Positions 55,484-64,000 of a stretch of DNA of 64,000 nt are shown piece by piece. The stretch's first letter is position 1. The number at the start of each line of letters is the position of its first letter. Location: assembly GCF_009914755.1 (NCBI RefSeq), contig NC_060940.1; one strand, 5' to 3'. Position numbers and translations under genes: made by a program. The stretch comes from the human T2T-CHM13v2.0 reference genome, Homo sapiens. The notes beneath the pieces were generated by a model. The model was not told the DNA's origin. It did not search any database and was given only the letters and a program-made list of their open reading frames with translations.

Positions 55484-58180
55484 CTTATCCAAAAATTATT
55501 TGCCCATACCAATGTCATGAAGCACATTTCCAATGTTTCCTTCTAGTAGTTTTACCATTTGGGGTCTTCCATTTAAATCTTTAATCCATTATGAGTTGAT
55601 TTTTGTGTATGGTGAAAGATAGATGTCTTGCTTTATTCTTCTGCATGTGGATATCTAGTTTTTTCAGCACCATTTATTATCTGACTTTTAATTAGAAACT
55701 TTAATCCATTAAAATGTAATTACTGATAAGATAGGATTTTCAGGTGCCATTTTGTCATTTGTTTTCTATATGTCTTTCTTTTTTGTTCATCAGTTCCTCC
55801 ACTGTTGTCTCCATTTGTGTTAAATAGTTTCTAGTGTGCCATTTAAAGTTTCTTGTTTTCTTCACTACATGTTTTTGAATTATTTTCTTGGCAATTGTCC
55901 TGAATATTACCATCAATATCTTAATTTATAAAAAAAAATTGATTTGTTTTATTACCAACTAAATTTAAATAGAATATTAAAACTTGCTCATATATGGCTT
56001 CATTCCTCTCCTCCTATTTTGCTGTTATTTTCATAAGTTAAATCTTTATATAGTATGTGCCCTTCTTTAGATTTATTGCATTATGAAGTTGTCTTTTGAA
56101 TCAGGTTGAAAACAGAAAATACATTCATACTTTATCTCCATCTGTGTAGTTGCTTTTCTGGTGTTCTGTTTATTGTGGATTCAAGTTACTGTCTGGTGTC
56201 CTTGTATTTCAGCCAGAAGGGCTGCTTTTAGTATTTCTTGTGAGGCAGGTCTGCTGGTGACAAATTCTGTGAGTTTTTCTTTATCTGGGAATTCTTAATT
56301 TCTCCTTTCTCCATGAAGTTGGACCAGATATAAAAAACCTGGTCAACAGTTTTTTCTTTCAAAAATGTCATCTCAATATTTTCTGGCCTTCATGGTTTCT
56401 GCTAAGGAACCAGCTGTTAATCTTATTGGGGGTCTTTTATACATAATAAATTGTTTCTTGCCTGTTTCCAAGATTCTCTCTTTGTCTTTGAATTTTGTAG
56501 TTTGATTATAATGAGCCTAGGTGTTGATCTCTTTTAGTATATGCTACTTGGAGTTCACTAAGCTTTTTCAATGAGTAAATTAATGTTTTTCATAAAATGA
56601 GGGCAGTTTTGGGGTATTATTTCTTCAAATATTTTCTTTACCCCTTTCTCTCTCTGTTTTCCCATTAAGACTTCCATTATGCATGTTTGTACACTTGATA
56701 GTGTACAACAATCAAGTCCCATAAGTCTTTGCTGGACTGTTTATTTTTATTCATTCTTCTTTCTGTTTCTTAGCCTGGATAATCTCAATTTACCTACTTT
56801 CAAGTTGACTTATTCTTTTGCATGCTGAAATGCTATTAAGACTTTCCAGTGAATTTTTTATGTTAGTTTTACTTTAGTTTACAAAATTACTATTCAGTCC
56901 CCAAATTTCTATTTGATTCCTTATCATTTCAATCTCCTTATTGATCATCTTTATTTGGTAAAACATTATTTACATACTTTCCTTTAGTTTTTTAGACATG
57001 ACTTCTTTCAGCTTTTCAGACATTTAAAATAGCTGATTTAAAGTCTTTTTCTTGTAAGTCCAGCCTCTGAGCTTTCTCTGGGATGGTTTCTATAGATTGC
57101 ATATTTCTTTTTCTAGGTAAGGATCATAAGTTCTTGTTTACTTACAGGTTCTATAATTTTTTGTTGAAAAGAACACATTTCCAATTATATAATATGTGAC
57201 TCTGCAAATCAGACCATCTGTATTCCCCAAGATCTGTTGTTACTTCCTGTTGTAGTTGTTACTGTTTTTTTGTTTTTATTTTTCTGAACTAATTCTGTAA
57301 AGTCTGTATCTTTGTAGTATGTGGCCATTGAAATCTCTATTCAATTAGCTTCATGGTCAGCTAATGATTGGACAAAAATTTCCTTAAAGGCCTAGAGCTA
57401 ATATGTCTCCCAGTCTTTTTTGAGTGACTCTGTGTATATGGTGGGGAATGCCTTTAACACTCAGCCAGGTGATTACAACTCTGCCTTAGCCTTCACTTCC
57501 TGCTTGGGCAGAGACTTGAGGTCAGTCAAGTCTCTGAGAGATTAGGACCTACTCTGGTCTTTCATAAGCATGTGCACAGCTGTGCACAGCTCTGGTCATA
57601 TATGTAGACTTCTAGCTTCTCAGAAATATGTCAAAGACCCTAAAAGTATTTCACTTTTCAGATTTTCCTGTCAAGCTCTTTTGTTAGTTTATTGTTTGCC
57701 CCAACTGTTATCCATCACTTGAGGCAGCTGTGATGTTAAGACATTTGACAAATGCCCCCAGAAAGAGGTGTTTAGCATTGGGCAAATTTGAGTAAGCCCC
57801 ACCAAAACACCAGCCTTTCCAGTTGGGTATTTTAGGAAGCCTTTAAACAGATGAAACAAAACATTTTTAGGGAATATGGTAGCTCTCTTTCCTCTGATGC
57901 TGGGATTCAATGCTTTTATTTTTCTAGGCTAACAAAGAGCTGGAGAGTGGTTAATGGGACTAATATAAGTTAAAATGCCACAAAGCTCACTGTTCTTATT
58001 AAGATTTAGCAATTTTTCTTGCCTAAACATCTCTTGGGTTGCCGCAAGCCTTTGATTAATTTCCAGAGTTCTGAAAAAGTTGATTCTGACCACTTTTTTT
58101 TTCTTAGCTTTTTCATTGCTCTTCTATAAAGGGACAAACTTTTGGTGGCTCTAATGCCACCATTTTTGCTGGCATCACTC

Positions 58181-60968
<2,788 letters not shown>

Positions 60969-61971
60969 AGTTTCTGGCATCCAGGAAGAATGAGGTACAT
61001 AGACAAGTGAAGGGTGAAGAAGATGAAGAGGAGCTTTATTTAGTGTTAGAACAGCTCAGAGGAGACCTGCAGTGGGTAGCTCCTCTCTGTAGGCAGGTCG
61101 TCCTGTCAAGTGTTCAGCTCTCAGCAGAGAGGAGGCCCTGGAGAGGGTAGCTCCTCTCTGAAGGCTGGTCATCCTGTCATCTCTCTGTCCTCTGTCCTCT
61201 GCCCTGCTCTGGCTGAACCTGGGGCTTTTATGGACCTCAGAGGGGAGGAAGTGCATACAGATTGATCCACAGGTGACAACGGGCAGGCAGCAGGAGGCAC
61301 TACAACTCCCTATTCTGGTCTGTGGACTGGCAGTCAAGCCCCCAGCCTTCAGCCTCTCCCTGGCCTGAAGGTGAGGCCTTACCCTGGACTATTGTTTTCC
61401 ACCCAGGGATCTAGCTGACTCCTGCTGCCATTCATGGCCCCTGGCGCACATTGCCAACCCTGCTCCAAGACTGGAGCTGGCACAGGGAAAGGAGAGAGGC
61501 CAGACAACAGGAGCAGACACCTCTGAGCCTACAGGGATTGGGAAACCCTTCCTGGGCCCTGAGGACACAGGCTGCAGAGATGCCCAGGCCTTGCTCCTGG
61601 GAGGGCTGCTGCAGCAGCACTCGGGGAGCTTCTGCTCTGCAAACTCGGAAGGGGCAGGGCTTCCACTTGTCCCCAGCTCCTGTATACTCTGTGGAATGGG
61701 AGGCCCAGGTCTGCAGCCGTGGGTTGGGCACCCAGGAGGGCAGATCCCGCCCACTACCGGTTCCCCCCAAGAGCACAGAGAAGCTCGGATTCACAGCCAC
61801 AGTTTGGGTGGCTACAGCTGCAGTTTGGGTCTGCAGCCTGTGGTTTGGGCAGCTGCAGCAGTACCCTAGGAGCTCCTGCCCCAACTCAGAAGGGATGGGG
61901 CTTCTACTGGCTCCATGGAGTGTGCAGCCCCAGCCGAGCCTCCCTGCTGCATCCATCATGTGCTGCCATCA
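60969..61971 (-). mobile_element. MER52-family (ERV1) LTR lacking its 3' (U5) end
   Basis: 5' terminus TGATGGCAGC at 61971; GC-rich U3; reverse of aataaagctcctcttc...cacttgtct...tacctcattcttcctgga at about 60975-61042. Confidence 0.85.
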
Positions 61972-62265
61972 CTTTGGCTAGAAACAGCAACTTGTTATTA
62001 TTGTCGTTTTCATCTATATCCAGTGACCATTCCAGGGTGCTGTCTTCTTCAGCTTCAGGTCTGGGGTATATGAGGCAAAAAGAAAGCCCAGGGAACTTGC
62101 CACCACGTTGTTCTGTGGGTCCTAAAGTCTCTAGCTTATCTGCCTTCTTCTCTTCAACTTTTACAGTCTTTGTATGTTGGTTTCATATGTAATGCCCAAG
62201 GATGTTTTAGCTGTAATTAGCAAAGAATAGTGAAATATTCATCTGCTCCATCTTCTCTACAGGAG
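61972..62265 (-). mobile_element. L1M 5'-end fragment, probably belonging to the outer L1MC
   Basis: ggggtatatgaggcaaaaagaaagcccagggaact matches old L1M 5' ends. Confidence 0.6.
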
Positions 62266-63339
62266 AAACTTTCCAAACTTACAAACATATATTTCAAATA
62301 TTTCATAATTAAAATAAGTACTAAAAAGTGAACAAGAACTTTGGGGAATTGGGGGTTAATACTAGGTGGAGGGGGGAAGCAGTGAGTTTGATGGAGACAG
62401 GGAGGAACGCCCAGCAACAGTGACAGGAAGGCACATGGAAGAGAGAACTGGTGAAACATTTTCCAGTAATGGAAACTGACAAGGTGAGAACTGCTTACAA
62501 GCAGAGCCAGGTTTTGAAGACTTTGGGGATACATGAAGAATGTTCTTGAACTGATCACTTCTATAGCAGAAACATGGGCGTCGCTTTGACCCTCAGGGCC
62601 TACTTTAACCTCTGTTCTCACCCTTTTGGAGTAACATAAAATGACAGTAATAGTTGAATCCATCGTATTATTTGAGAGTGACCCTCTGACCTAGAGGTCA
62701 AGCTTTTTGCTTACCCGTCTGATTAGAACATTCCATAATTTTTGAAGGAACTCATCTCCGGGCCCTTTCCATTAATTAGTCCAGCACTAGCAGATCCTTG
62801 AAGAGGAAAAACCAGTGTCGAAGGCTCTCAAATCCCTCTTTGGCGATTAGGAAGTGAGATAAGGAAGGGAAGCTTTTAACAACATGAGAGTCGTCCTGCA
62901 AGCTCCAGAGAAGCGGTTCTTTGCAATCTGAGAGGAGCCCAGCCACATGAGAAAAGCAAACAAACAAAAATACCTCTGTGATGCTTGGATTTTATAAAGT
63001 GCTGATATCTGATGGTTAATCTGCCTGGCCCTGCCAGAGAGGACAGTGTTAAATTGCCTTCTATTCTTGGGAAACTTAACTTGTCATTGTTAAGCCTGCC
63101 TGCATGAGAGCCTTTGAAACAAAATCTGGATGTGTAGAAAAGTTGTCTAGGTTCAGGTTAGGTGAACTCTGCAGCAGTGGAAGTGGCCTGAGGTTAAGTG
63201 AAGCGTCCCCAAGCCAAGTGAGCTCTAGAGAAATCTGCTAGCTGGAAGGCACAGTCAGAAGACCCTTCAAAGTCTACAGAGGGAAACTAGGGGCATCTTT
63301 CGGACCTAAGGCCCTTCTACCTTCCATAGACTCCGGGGA

Positions 63340-63750
63340 GGTGGTGTGAGACAGTGGTGATGCGCATAGCCTTTGAATACATTCACACTTCAGCCAGCTG
63401 GTGGTACATGAGAGAATGGCTCCATCTCTTCAGCTTCAGTTTCCACATCCATAAAATGGAAACAATTATGGGACCTGCTATCTCATTGACTGAGAGAATT
63501 CTTGCATTATACATGGGGAGTGTTCAATGAACAATAGTTGCTATTATTTTAAAAATCACTGGTCTAATAGAATGTTTACAGGGAGCCAAAAGAAACTCAT
63601 AGAATTGAGACTAACCATTTCATTTTAGAGAAGGGGCAGCTGAGACTCAAAGATGTTGCCTATGATGCCCCCACACACCCCTCAAGGTCATATGGCTAGT
63701 TGGAGGCAGAGCTACCAAAAGAACACCATTCTCCTAAACTCTGTGGTCTC
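63340..63750. mobile_element. Two MIR fragments (plus about 63340-63550, minus about 63570-63750)
   Basis: cttcagtttccacatccataaaatgg; cattttagagaaggggcagctgagactca...aaggtcatatggctagt. Confidence 0.65.
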
Positions 63751-63844
63751 CTTCCCTGTTTTTTTCAATTGCCACATCAAATCGAGGTTATAGTTTGAAC
63801 CTGATAAACATATTATCTGACTTTACAAGAAGTTTCTACTTTAA

Positions 63845-64000
63845 TTTTTTTTTTTGAGACAGGGTCTTGCCCTGTCACCCAAACTGGCACAATCATAGCT
63901 CCCTGCAGCCTCAACATGCTCAGGTGATCCTACCTCAGCCTACCAAGTAGCTGGGACTACAGGCATGTGCCATCACACCCAGGAAATTTTTAAAATCTCT
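63845..64000 (-). mobile_element. AluJ right arm, cut by the window edge
   Basis: Poly-T, gagacagggtcttg...ctgcagcctcaa...gtagctgggactacagg. Confidence 0.9.

Noticed and set aside
61389-62192. Overlapping 120-176 aa ORFs on both strands
   Set aside because: Stop-poor GC-rich MER52 LTR sequence with no protein-family motifs

Overview
Primate (human-like) non-coding genomic DNA. I find no credible host protein-coding exon, RNA gene or CRISPR array; the only protein-coding sequence I recognise is a broken L1 ORF1/ORF2. Positions 1-43.4 kb hold about 16 Alus, many MIR/L2 relics, DNA transposons (Tigger3a, MER63, MER102-like), old LTRs (LTR16, MLT1) and microsatellites. Between them lie transposon-free islands rich in developmental TF motifs (PBX-HOX/MEIS, HOX13/CDX, FOX, TCF, DR1), as expected in an enhancer-bearing gene desert or large intron. 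Positions 43.5-62.3 kb are a nested stack of minus-strand L1s (L1MC > L1MB > L1MA > L1PA5-like) with seven Alus and a truncated MER52 LTR. I see no new gene system. The best leads are candidate enhancer grammars, a non-canonical Alu micro-insertion, templated-duplication scars and the L1 nesting. All repeat subfamily names are assigned by eye from recalled consensus features and need RepeatMasker/Dfam confirmation. Boundaries of old elements are approximate.
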